From Verrucomicrobiales bacterium (GTDB lineage Bacteria > Verrucomicrobiota > Verrucomicrobiia > Limisphaerales > UBA9464), in contig SYMJ01000194.1 in assembly GCA_005805505.1 (NCBI GenBank), positions 1 through 62,979 of the forward strand: a stretch of 62,979 nt of DNA, given 5' to 3'. Shown in pieces: positions 37,962 to 46,559 of this stretch; within the stretch, counting starts at the first letter, position 1; each line of letters begins with the position of its first letter. Position numbers and translations under genes: made by a program. The notes below the pieces were generated by a model. The model did not search any database. It had not been told where the DNA came from and saw nothing but the letters and a program-made list of their open reading frames with translations.

Positions 37962-39368
37962 ATGAAACCCTTGGCCCCGACCACGCTCACCGGTCTCAAC
38001 CGGCGCCGCTTTCTAAGCCGCAGTGCCGCTGCCACCGCCGCCGCCTTCACCTTCCCTTACGTGGGTTCGGTGCTAGGAGCCAATGAACGGATCCAGATCG
38101 GTTGTATCGGCGTGGGAGGCAAGGGTTCGAGCGACACCGACGACGCTGCGCGCTGCGGCGGCACCATCGTTGGCTTGTGCGACGTCGATCGGAACACGCT
38201 CGCCCAGAAGGGGCAGAAGTACCCGAAGGCCCAGCAGTTCCAGGACTTCCGGAAGATGTTCGACCAGATCGGCAAATCGATCGACGCAGTGACCATCTCC
38301 ACACCCGACCACGTCCACGGCATCGCCGCCGCCACGGCCATGCGCCTGGGCAAGCACATCTACTGTCAGAAGCCGCTCACCCAGACGGTCCATGAAGCCC
38401 GTATCCTGCGGCAGTTGGCTCGCGACGGAAAACTGGCCACCCAGATGGGCAACCAAGGCAGCGCCGGCAGCGGCCTGCGTCGCGCGGTCGAAGTGATCCA
38501 ATCCGGGATCATAGGCAACGTCACCGAACTGCATGTCTGGTCCAATCGACCGGTGTGGCCGCAGGGCCTGGCCCGGCCCGAGGGTTCCGACACGGTGCCT
38601 GAATCGCTCGACTGGGACCTGTGGCTCGGGCCGGCGCAGTTCCGCCCGTACAAGAAGGGCGTCTACCACGGCTTCGCCTGGCGCGGCTGGAACGACTTCG
38701 GCACCGGAGCCCTCGGTGACATGGCTTGCCACACCGTCAACATGCCCTTCCGCGCACTCAAGCTGGGCTATCCGACCCGAGTGGTGGCCGAACTGACTTC
38801 CCAATCCTTCCCCGAGACCTTCGCCAAAACCTCACGCCTCCGCTTCGAGTTCCCAGAGCGCGACGGCCTGCCGCCGCTGAAGTTCTGGTGGTACGACGGC
38901 AACCCCACTGACAAGGACCTTGCCCCGCTCCGACCAAGCGCCGATCTCACCCGAGAAATCGTCACCCTCAAGGGCTCGCTGCCCTCCAGCGGATGCCTCT
39001 TGGTGGGCGACAAGGGCAAGCTGTTCTCGCCGGACGATTACGGTTCCCAGTTCTTCATCATGGTGGGTAACGAAAAAATCTTCCTGCCCGGCGATGCCCA
39101 CGAGGCCGTCAAAGCCGTACCCCAAAGCATCCCCCGCTCGCCGGGCCACAATGAAGAGTGGTTCCAGATGATGCGCGACGGCACGCCCGCCTACTCCAAC
39201 TTCGACATCGCCGCCTACCTCACCGAGATCATCCTACTGGGTTGCATCGCGGTGCGTGTCGGTGAAGGCAAGGTCATGGACTGGGACGGCCCGAACATGC
39301 GCTCGACCAACTTGCCCGAGGCCGCGCGGTTCGTGAAGCGCGACAGCCGCAAGGGTTGGGATATTTAA
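37962..39368 (+). CDS. Gfo/Idh/MocA-family oxidoreductase with TAT signal
   Basis: NRRRFLSRSAAATAAAF TAT motif, IGCIGVGGKG Rossmann motif, IYCQKPL. Confidence 0.85.
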   Translation: MKPLAPTTLTGLNRRRFLSRSAAATAAAFTFPYVGSVLGANERIQIGCIGVGGKGSSDTDDAARCGGTIVGLCDVDRNTLAQKGQKYPKAQQFQDFRKMFDQIGKSIDAVTISTPDHVHGIAAATAMRLGKHIYCQKPLTQTVHEARILRQLARDGKLATQMGNQGSAGSGLRRAVEVIQSGIIGNVTELHVWSNRPVWPQGLARPEGSDTVPESLDWDLWLGPAQFRPYKKGVYHGFAWRGWNDFGTGALGDMACHTVNMPFRALKLGYPTRVVAELTSQSFPETFAKTSRLRFEFPERDGLPPLKFWWYDGNPTDKDLAPLRPSADLTREIVTLKGSLPSSGCLLVGDKGKLFSPDDYGSQFFIMVGNEKIFLPGDAHEAVKAVPQSIPRSPGHNEEWFQMMRDGTPAYSNFDIAAYLTEIILLGCIAVRVGEGKVMDWDGPNMRSTNLPEAARFVKRDSRKGWDI

Positions 39369-39415
39369 CCACGGTCCCCGAACCCCAGTTCCAACACCTC
39401 CGTAGAAACCCTCCG

Positions 39416-40843
39416 ATGAACTCATGCTCAGGCCCATTGTCCCGACGCAGCTTCCTGGAACTAGGAGGCATCAGCGCCTTGGGCTTGGGCCTGAGTGATT
39501 TTCTGCGCCTGCGTTCCTTGGCTGCGTCCGGCGCACCGTTGGGCATTCCGAACACGCAGGATAAGGCCGTCATCTTCGTGTGGCTGCCGGGCGGGCCCTC
39601 GCAGCTCGACACCTACGACATGAAGCCGGATGCGCCGTCGGAATTCCGCGGCGATTTCCGGCCCATCCGGACCAACGTGCCGGGCATAGACATTTGCGAA
39701 CTCTTCCCCCGGCAGGCGAAGGTCGCCGACCGCTTCACGCTGGTGCGCTCGGTGTGCCACGACTTCTCTGACCATGGTGGTGCGCACAAGCGCTTCATGA
39801 CCGGACGCATCCCGGCCACACCCACCGAATTCGTCAACGACGCGCCGGCCGTCACGTCCATCGTGAGCCGCGCCTTGGAGGCTCGACAAAAATCCGGCCT
39901 TCCGGCCTGCATCACCGGTGTCGACGACGGACGCAGCCACATCGACGTCTTCAGCCTCGGGCCCTCTTACCTAGGAACCAGCCACACGCCCTTCATGGTG
40001 GTGGGCGACCCCAGCGCACCCAACTTCAAGGTTCAGAACCTCAGCCTCACCCCGGACATGGCTACCCGGATGGAGGATCGATCCCATTTACTTTCCGGAA
40101 TGGACCGGCTCCGTCGCGATCTCGACAGCAGCGGGTTGATGGAGTCGATGGATCAATTCAGCCAGCGGGCGGTCACCATGCTAACGCACGCCGGGGTCCA
40201 AAAAGCCTTCGACCTTCAGCACGAGACGCCTGCCACCCGGGAGCGCTACGGCTGGAACGCCTACGGACAACGGGGGTTGCTAGCCCGACGCCTGGTCGAA
40301 GCCGGTTGCCCCTTCGTGACCATGGTTTGGGAGAACCCCTTCCCCAGCAAACCCATCCCTGCCGGATGCACCTACAACTGGGACTCCCACGCGGTCAATT
40401 GCCACATCTTCGAAGACTCCAAGTGGCGCTTCCCGGCTTATGATCAAGCGGTGGCCGCCCTAATCGAAGACCTCTACGACCGCGGCCTCGACCAGCGGGT
40501 GCTCTTGGTAGTCACCGGAGAGTTTGGTCGTACCCCCCGGTTGGAACGGGTCAAAGGATCCCAGACTGGCGTCATGCAACCCGGCCGAGACCATTGGCCG
40601 CAAGCGATGTCACTCTTGGTCTCCGGCGGCGGTATGCGCACCGGACAAATCGTCGGAGCCACCAACGCCCGGGCTGAATACCCCACCGAACGCCTGCTGA
40701 GCCCCAACGACCTCTGGGCCACCGTCTACCGGCACCTGGGCATCGACGCCTCGGAATCCATTCTAGATTTAGGCGGCCGACCCATGCCCATCCTCCCTTT
40801 CGGCAAACCCATCGAAGAGCTGCTGCCCCGAGTTGGGGCCTGA
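39416..40843 (+). CDS. DUF1501 (sulfatase-like fold) protein with TAT-type signal
   Basis: SRRSFLELGG, VIFVWLPGGPSQLDTYDMKPDAP, and GEFGRTPR...GRDHW C-terminal motif typical of DUF1501. Confidence 0.85.
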   Translation: MNSCSGPLSRRSFLELGGISALGLGLSDFLRLRSLAASGAPLGIPNTQDKAVIFVWLPGGPSQLDTYDMKPDAPSEFRGDFRPIRTNVPGIDICELFPRQAKVADRFTLVRSVCHDFSDHGGAHKRFMTGRIPATPTEFVNDAPAVTSIVSRALEARQKSGLPACITGVDDGRSHIDVFSLGPSYLGTSHTPFMVVGDPSAPNFKVQNLSLTPDMATRMEDRSHLLSGMDRLRRDLDSSGLMESMDQFSQRAVTMLTHAGVQKAFDLQHETPATRERYGWNAYGQRGLLARRLVEAGCPFVTMVWENPFPSKPIPAGCTYNWDSHAVNCHIFEDSKWRFPAYDQAVAALIEDLYDRGLDQRVLLVVTGEFGRTPRLERVKGSQTGVMQPGRDHWPQAMSLLVSGGGMRTGQIVGATNARAEYPTERLLSPNDLWATVYRHLGIDASESILDLGGRPMPILPFGKPIEELLPRVGA

Positions 40844-40949
40844 CAGGTGCCGATATAGGTTCTACAAAATCACTTCTCTAAACTCCGCTCCGTTCTGGCG
40901 GCCGACCATTGCCAGCGGTGAGGGCGAAGCGGCATTATGTCCGCTCGCC

Positions 40950-43900
40950 ATGATTTCTCCTCTTTCGCGACTCAGTCTTCTGGCCGCTCTCGGCCTGGCC
41001 TTGCCACCTCTGGGGGCCCAGACCTTCACCGCCAAGGATCGACAACCGACGCCGGAGGAATTGACCCACTTGCCGGCGGTGACCGCCAGCAAGGTCGATG
41101 GCTTGATGAAGGATGTGAGCGCCCCGTCGGAGTTCCAGGTGACGATCTTTGCGACGCCACCGGCGGTGAATTATCCCGTGTTCGTGGCGGCCGCGACCGA
41201 CGGTGCTCTTTATGTGTCCAGCGACGGCAACGGGTCGCTCGACCGCAAGCCGCACTTGGGCCGGGTGCTGCGCGTGCGAGACACCAATGGCGACGGTCAG
41301 GGCGATGAGGTGAAGGCCTTCGTGGCCGACGTCGATTCGCCGCGCGGACTCGTCTGGGATCACGATCGGCTCTACTTGCTGCACCCGCCCGACGTGAGCG
41401 TGTTCATCGACAAGGACGGGGACGGGGTGGCCGACGAGAAGCAGACCCTGATCCGCGGCATCGGCTGGACCTTCAAGGACCGGCCGGCCGACCACGGATC
41501 CAACGGCCTGACCCTGGGCATTGACGGTTGGCTGTATGCGGCCATCGGCGACTTTGGCTTCATGGAAGCTGTGGGCACCGACGGCACCCGTCTGCAACTG
41601 CGCGGCGGGGGCGTGGTGCGGTTCCGCCCCGACGGCAGCGGTTTGGAGACTTGGGCCGACGGGACTCGTAATATCTTGGAGGTAGCCCTGAGCCCGGAGC
41701 TCGAAGGCTTCACGCGCGACAACACCAATGACGGGGGTGGCTGGGACATTCGGCTCCACCATTTCAGCGGCCGCACGCAGCACGGTTACCCGCGCCTCTT
41801 CAAGAATTTCGGCGATGAGATCATTCAACCGCTGGCCGACTACGGTGGGGGCTCTGGATGCGGGGCCGCCTGGATCGACGAACCCGGTCTGCCCGCCCGC
41901 TGGAACAACGCTCCGTTCACCGCCGACTGGGGACGCGACTGGATATATCACCACGGACTCACTCCGAAGGGAGCCACCATGACTGCCAGCCAGGAGGAGT
42001 TTCTTCGACTGCCCCGCGTGACCGACCTCGATGTGGACGGCAACAGCGCCGTTTATGCCGCCAGTTGGAAAGGGGCTTCCTTCACTTGGGTGGGCACGGA
42101 AGTCGGGTTCATCGCCCGGGTGAGCCCGAAGGGTTACACCCCACCGGCGATGCCGAACTTCGAGTCGCTGTCGCCTGAGAAACTCGTCGAAGCCCTCCGC
42201 TCCCCCAGCCACCGCCGCCGTCTCGAAGCCCAACGGTCTCTGCTCCGCCGGACCGCCGCGGCCCGGGTGGACCGGAACTCGGTGCTGGCGCTTTTGCGCG
42301 ATGTGGTTGCCGATGAAACTGCCAGCAAGGGTTCCCGCGTCGCCGCGGTGAATGCGATGGTCCTGGGCTTTCCGCAGGAATCGAAAAGCCGCCTGCCTCG
42401 AAGGATGAGCGACGAAGTATTGGCCCCGGCCATTTTGCATGCGCTCGCTGGCTCGGCCCAACCGCGCGGACTCATTTCACCAGACTTACTCGAGCGTCTC
42501 CTCAACTCCGCGAATCCGGTGGTGCGGCGAACGGCTGCCAACAGCGCCTCGCGCTTAGTCGGACCCGCCTCGACTCCGGCACTCGTGAGCCATTTGGCCG
42601 ATGCCGATCCCATCGTCGCCCACGCCGTCGTGCGGGCCTTGAGTGATGTGTCTGCGGTGGAGGCCTGCCTGAAGGTCATCGATCTGGCGACGGCCCGACC
42701 CGAGGTGCGCACCGCCGCCTTGCGGGTGCTGCAGTCTCTGCATCAACCCGGCGTGGCCGATGCGTTGATTCAGCGACTGTCGTCCGAGAAATCGGAATCC
42801 CGCCGTGCGGGCTTAATTACCGCGCTGTGCCGACTCCATTTTCAGGAAGGACCATGGAAGGGCGATTCCTGGGGCACTCGCCCGGACACTCGCGGGCCGT
42901 ACTACCAGCCGGAAGCCTGGGAAGGCACCGCTCGCATCGCCGCGGCACTGAAGACCCAATTAAACCGCGCTGAAGCCAGTGAGGCGGCCTTGATCGGGCG
43001 CGAATTGTCCCGCCATCGCATTCCGGCGGGTGACGCCCTCGAAACCCTTCTGACCCGAGCCGCTTCGGAACCCAGCTTGCTGCCGGCGGTGGCGGCTCAA
43101 TTGGCGGAGTCTGAAGAAATCCCGGACAAGGCCGTGCCGCTGCTGGTGCGGGCTGCCAACGCGACCGAGACCTCCGATGCGGCCCGAGCGCAGGCCATCA
43201 TCGCGCTGGTCAAGACGGTGGACCCCGACGCCTGGCGCGCCGTGCTGATGGCCTTGCCGAAGGTCCAGGCAACGAAGTCCGAGAACAACCTCGCCGAGAA
43301 GGCGGCCAACGCGTTCCGAAATGCGCCGAAACTCGATCAAGTCCACGGCGTGTTTGAAGCCGTGGCCGCCGAGGCCGAGGGACCCTCTTCGGCACTGGCC
43401 GAAACCGCGGTGCTGCGTCTGGCCTCGCGCAAAGTGGGTGCTCCCGAAGCCCGGGCCGCGGCCAATGCGTCTCTCGATGCCGGTTGGTCGCAGCCGAAAC
43501 GCCGCCTGCAAATCCTGAAAGCCGCCGCCCAAATCGGTGACGCATCACGCGCCGCCGCCTTCGTGGCTGCCCTCGACGATGCCGAACCGACCATCGCCAA
43601 GACCGCCCGCGAAACCATCAGCCGCCTGAAAATTGATCCGGACAAGTTCCGGGCAGAGGCCAAGGCTGCCAAGGTGGGCGACCTATCCATCGAGGACGTT
43701 CTGGCGCAGGTCCAAAAGATCACCGGCGACGCCACCCGCGGCGGGCAGCTCTTTGGCCAGATCGGCTGCAATGGCTGCCACACGGTGAAGGCTGACGAAC
43801 CGGTTAAAGGCCCCTACCTCGGCACCATCGCCACCGTCTACAAACGGCGCGAACTGGCCGAGGCGATCCTCCTGCCCAACAAGACTCTGGCTCAGGGTTT

Positions 43901-44147
43901 CGTGGCCAATCACTTCGAGCTCAAAGACGGGACCGAGATCGACGGGTTCGTAGTGCGCGAGGCCGCGGATGCCGTCACGATCCGAACCATCGCTGCCATC
44001 GAGCAGACGATCCCGATTTCACACATCGCCCTGCGCGAGAAGCAGCAGCGCTCGCTCATGCCCGACGGGCTTGCCGCCGGCCTGACGGTGCGCGAACTCG
44101 CGTCGGTGCTCGACTACCTCGAACAACTCTCCCGCGGTCCAAAGTGA
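40950..44147 (+). CDS. PVC-type membrane-bound dehydrogenase-domain / HEAT-repeat / cytochrome c (CxxCH) protein (paralog of 28002..31034)
   Basis: Signal peptide MISPLSRLSLLAALGLALPPLGAQ. DTNGDG/DKDGDG motifs, HEAT-like middle, C-terminal CNGCH and SLMPDGL. Confidence 0.8.
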   Translation: MISPLSRLSLLAALGLALPPLGAQTFTAKDRQPTPEELTHLPAVTASKVDGLMKDVSAPSEFQVTIFATPPAVNYPVFVAAATDGALYVSSDGNGSLDRKPHLGRVLRVRDTNGDGQGDEVKAFVADVDSPRGLVWDHDRLYLLHPPDVSVFIDKDGDGVADEKQTLIRGIGWTFKDRPADHGSNGLTLGIDGWLYAAIGDFGFMEAVGTDGTRLQLRGGGVVRFRPDGSGLETWADGTRNILEVALSPELEGFTRDNTNDGGGWDIRLHHFSGRTQHGYPRLFKNFGDEIIQPLADYGGGSGCGAAWIDEPGLPARWNNAPFTADWGRDWIYHHGLTPKGATMTASQEEFLRLPRVTDLDVDGNSAVYAASWKGASFTWVGTEVGFIARVSPKGYTPPAMPNFESLSPEKLVEALRSPSHRRRLEAQRSLLRRTAAARVDRNSVLALLRDVVADETASKGSRVAAVNAMVLGFPQESKSRLPRRMSDEVLAPAILHALAGSAQPRGLISPDLLERLLNSANPVVRRTAANSASRLVGPASTPALVSHLADADPIVAHAVVRALSDVSAVEACLKVIDLATARPEVRTAALRVLQSLHQPGVADALIQRLSSEKSESRRAGLITALCRLHFQEGPWKGDSWGTRPDTRGPYYQPEAWEGTARIAAALKTQLNRAEASEAALIGRELSRHRIPAGDALETLLTRAASEPSLLPAVAAQLAESEEIPDKAVPLLVRAANATETSDAARAQAIIALVKTVDPDAWRAVLMALPKVQATKSENNLAEKAANAFRNAPKLDQVHGVFEAVAAEAEGPSSALAETAVLRLASRKVGAPEARAAANASLDAGWSQPKRRLQILKAAAQIGDASRAAAFVAALDDAEPTIAKTARETISRLKIDPDKFRAEAKAAKVGDLSIEDVLAQVQKITGDATRGGQLFGQIGCNGCHTVKADEPVKGPYLGTIATVYKRRELAEAILLPNKTLAQGFVANHFELKDGTEIDGFVVREAADAVTIRTIAAIEQTIPISHIALREKQQRSLMPDGLAAGLTVRELASVLDYLEQLSRGPK

Positions 44148-44250
44148 TCGATAGCCGGGGCGCTTGGGGGGGACGTAAGCCGCATCGGCGGCTCCGCTTT
44201 TTCGAACAGGATCCTTTCCTGTTCGAAGGCGGAATCTTAGCGTGCTCCCC

Positions 44251-45192
44251 ATGGGTACGCTAGTGGAGCCACAGGTGGTTTTGACGCATGAGAGTGATCT
44301 CGACGGACTCGTCTCGGGCCTGTTGCTGCAGCGCTTGGCACGGGCGATGTTTGCATCCGAGGTGCCCCTGGAGGCCTACCACTATCAAGGTTGGAAGGCC
44401 CGCCAACTCTCTGAACGCACCGCCTGGGTGAGCGACTTCACCTTCGAGGCACGCCTCGACCGCAACAGTTGGCTGGTGGTCGACCATCATGCCTCGGAAG
44501 CCAAGGCATCCGTGGCACAATTCATCCATGACCCTAGCAAATCGGCCAGCCGCCTCTGCTATGAGCTCTGCCAAAAACAAGGCATTGCCTCTGCGGAACT
44601 GGACCGGATCGTCGAACTGACCGATATCGGCGACCTTTTCCAGGAATCTCACGCCGACTTCGTCGAGGCCTGCGACTACGCGAATCTCGTCAAATCGTAC
44701 GGGTTCTGGAACTTGCATTCCCTGATCGGTGGCCGCATCGAAGGGCTGCTCGACCACCCGCTCCTCGAGGTGATGCGTATCAAACGCAAGGTGGAGGACC
44801 CCATCGGCTTCGCGTGGGCCAAGGACCACGTCGAGGCGCTGTGCCCGGAGGTCGGATTAGTCCGTCCGGTGGTGGGCAACACCAATGTCATCGTTCACCA
44901 ACTCTTGGAGCGCAGTGTTACCCCGCATCCTGTTCTGGCCACGCTCTTCAAAAAAGGCAACGGGGCCTTCATCGTTAGCTTCCGCAGTCGCAACGGAGAG
45001 GCGCTAAAGGTGGCAACTCGGCTCGATGGCGGCGGACACCCCAATGCTTCAGGCACGACGCTGCCGCGCTCGGTGAACGACCATGAAGCGGCCGCGGAGT
45101 ACATTCGCCAGCGGCTCAATCCAACGCTGCCGGCTGCGTCCCTCAACGGGATGGAAGACCTCATGCAACGTTGGGAGCAGATGAAGCGCTGA
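44251..45192 (+). CDS. DHH/DHHA1-family phosphoesterase (NrnA-like)
   Basis: THESDLDGL, VVDHH and GGGHPNASG motifs. Confidence 0.75.
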   Translation: MGTLVEPQVVLTHESDLDGLVSGLLLQRLARAMFASEVPLEAYHYQGWKARQLSERTAWVSDFTFEARLDRNSWLVVDHHASEAKASVAQFIHDPSKSASRLCYELCQKQGIASAELDRIVELTDIGDLFQESHADFVEACDYANLVKSYGFWNLHSLIGGRIEGLLDHPLLEVMRIKRKVEDPIGFAWAKDHVEALCPEVGLVRPVVGNTNVIVHQLLERSVTPHPVLATLFKKGNGAFIVSFRSRNGEALKVATRLDGGGHPNASGTTLPRSVNDHEAAAEYIRQRLNPTLPAASLNGMEDLMQRWEQMKR

Positions 45193-45297
45193 AGCGCGGA
45201 GGCAGTGCTGCTGCTGGGATTAACGAGCTCGACGAGAACTTCGACCCGTCTCGGATTCTTCGTTGAGGCTAGCGATCGACGTGGAGCCTGCCGGCTT

Positions 45298-45471
45298 TCA
45301 GCGTCGGTTTAATTGCCAGAGCAGCAACCCGAGGATCGCCGAAAAGACGCAGCCGACCACGATAGCCGCAAACAACTGCTGAAAGTGCTTCTTTCGGGCA
45401 CCCCGGCCTTGACCGGGCAAGAGATAGTACCGGTGTTCTTCAGGATTCTTCGATTTGCCAAACAGAGGCAT
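45298..45471 (-). CDS. Hypothetical small tail-anchored membrane protein (57 aa)
   Basis: ATG 45471 within ORF 45298..45528. Basic N-terminal half, then a C-terminal TM (LFAAIVVGCVFSAILGLLLW). Confidence 0.35.
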   Translation of the reverse strand: MPLFGKSKNPEEHRYYLLPGQGRGARKKHFQQLFAAIVVGCVFSAILGLLLWQLNRR

Positions 45472-45689
45472 AGGCTTGAGCACAGCGACGGGACTGCGCT
45501 TGTTAGGCGACCTAGCCCGCCTTGGCAACAGTTCCGTTGGAACACAGTTAAAACCTGTGCGCTCTAAGTGGCCCGAAGAACTTGCATCCCACCACGACCT
45601 CGGAGGAGTTCACCGAGGGGCGACCCGATGGATTCCAGCGGAGGGCCTGCGGGCAAACCCTACCGCCTGCGGTCGTAACCTCCCTCGAC

Positions 45690-46559
45690 TCAGAAACCAT
45701 CCGGGGGGCGATTATTGGAATCCTGACTGAGGTTGAGGACCCTCAAGTACTCCTGCTTGCGGACCCACTGGGCATGGCCATCCGTGAAATTCATGCAAGT
45801 ACCCGCGGCCCCGTGGTTATCCTCCTTGTCGGGCCAGTTGTTGTGGGTGCTCCCGAGATTGTTCTCCGCCGTATCGTCCGAATCGAGCATCAGGAGGATG
45901 TTGGAGGGACCCGGAGCCGTTTTGAGTGCCTCAGAATATCGGGTGATGATCTTGGAATTGATGGTGGACTCGGTCTTCTTGACGGAGACGGATGAACCAT
46001 CAGGCAAGCGCTCGCCCATCGTGCCGAAGATCTCGTAACTCGTCCCGAATGCCTTCTTGTTCACCGCGTTGTCGGTGAGGTCCAGTATGTAGGTCGAATT
46101 CGAGAACGGTTTCCGATAAGCGTTGGTACGAATGGAGTGCCGGGTGGAGGGACACGTGTAACTCTTAAAGGGTCCGACGAATCCGGGCCACAGCCAGGAG
46201 GCATCGTCATCCGAACCGCTGCGGTCGGAGTATTCGGTGGCCTCAAAACTTGTCTGTGCCCAGGTCGGTGCCGTCAAATGCCCCCGGAAATCCTGGGAGT
46301 AGAGAACAGACCCAAGACCCAGTTGTTTGAGATTATTGAGGCAACTAACCCGGCGCGCCCGCTCCTGGGCCTTGGACAACGCGGGCAGCAGCATGGAAGC
46401 CAGGATCGCAATGATGGCGATCACCACCAGCAATTCGATGAGGGTGAAGGCACCAGCAACGCATCGCCCGCGACGAATGATCGGATCCATGCGAACCGCG
46501 CCCGACACGCGATCCTCGATAGATTTCGAATCCAACCTGCCGTCAGGAACTAGGTTCAT
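45690..46559 (-). CDS. Prepilin-type N-terminal domain protein (DUF1559/H-X9-DG-like pseudopilin), start overlapping the giant gene stop
   Basis: [26 protein letters not shown]-terminal [13 protein letters not shown] 46559 overlaps TGA 46558..46556 (ATGA). An alternative ATG at 46490 would give a 14-aa leader. Confidence 0.8.
   Translation of the reverse strand: MNLVPDGRLDSKSIEDRVSGAVRMDPIIRRGRCVAGAFTLIELLVVIAIIAILASMLLPALSKAQERARRVSCLNNLKQLGLGSVLYSQDFRGHLTAPTWAQTSFEATEYSDRSGSDDDASWLWPGFVGPFKSYTCPSTRHSIRTNAYRKPFSNSTYILDLTDNAVNKKAFGTSYEIFGTMGERLPDGSSVSVKKTESTINSKIITRYSEALKTAPGPSNILLMLDSDDTAENNLGSTHNNWPDKEDNHGAAGTCMNFTDGHAQWVRKQEYLRVLNLSQDSNNRPPDGF

Noticed and set aside
40935-42461. A 508-aa ORF on the - strand.
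   Set aside because: It is antisense to the dehydrogenase/cytochrome c giant (40950..44147). The composition is dominated by Arg, Gly, Ala and His with no motifs. It is a shadow ORF.
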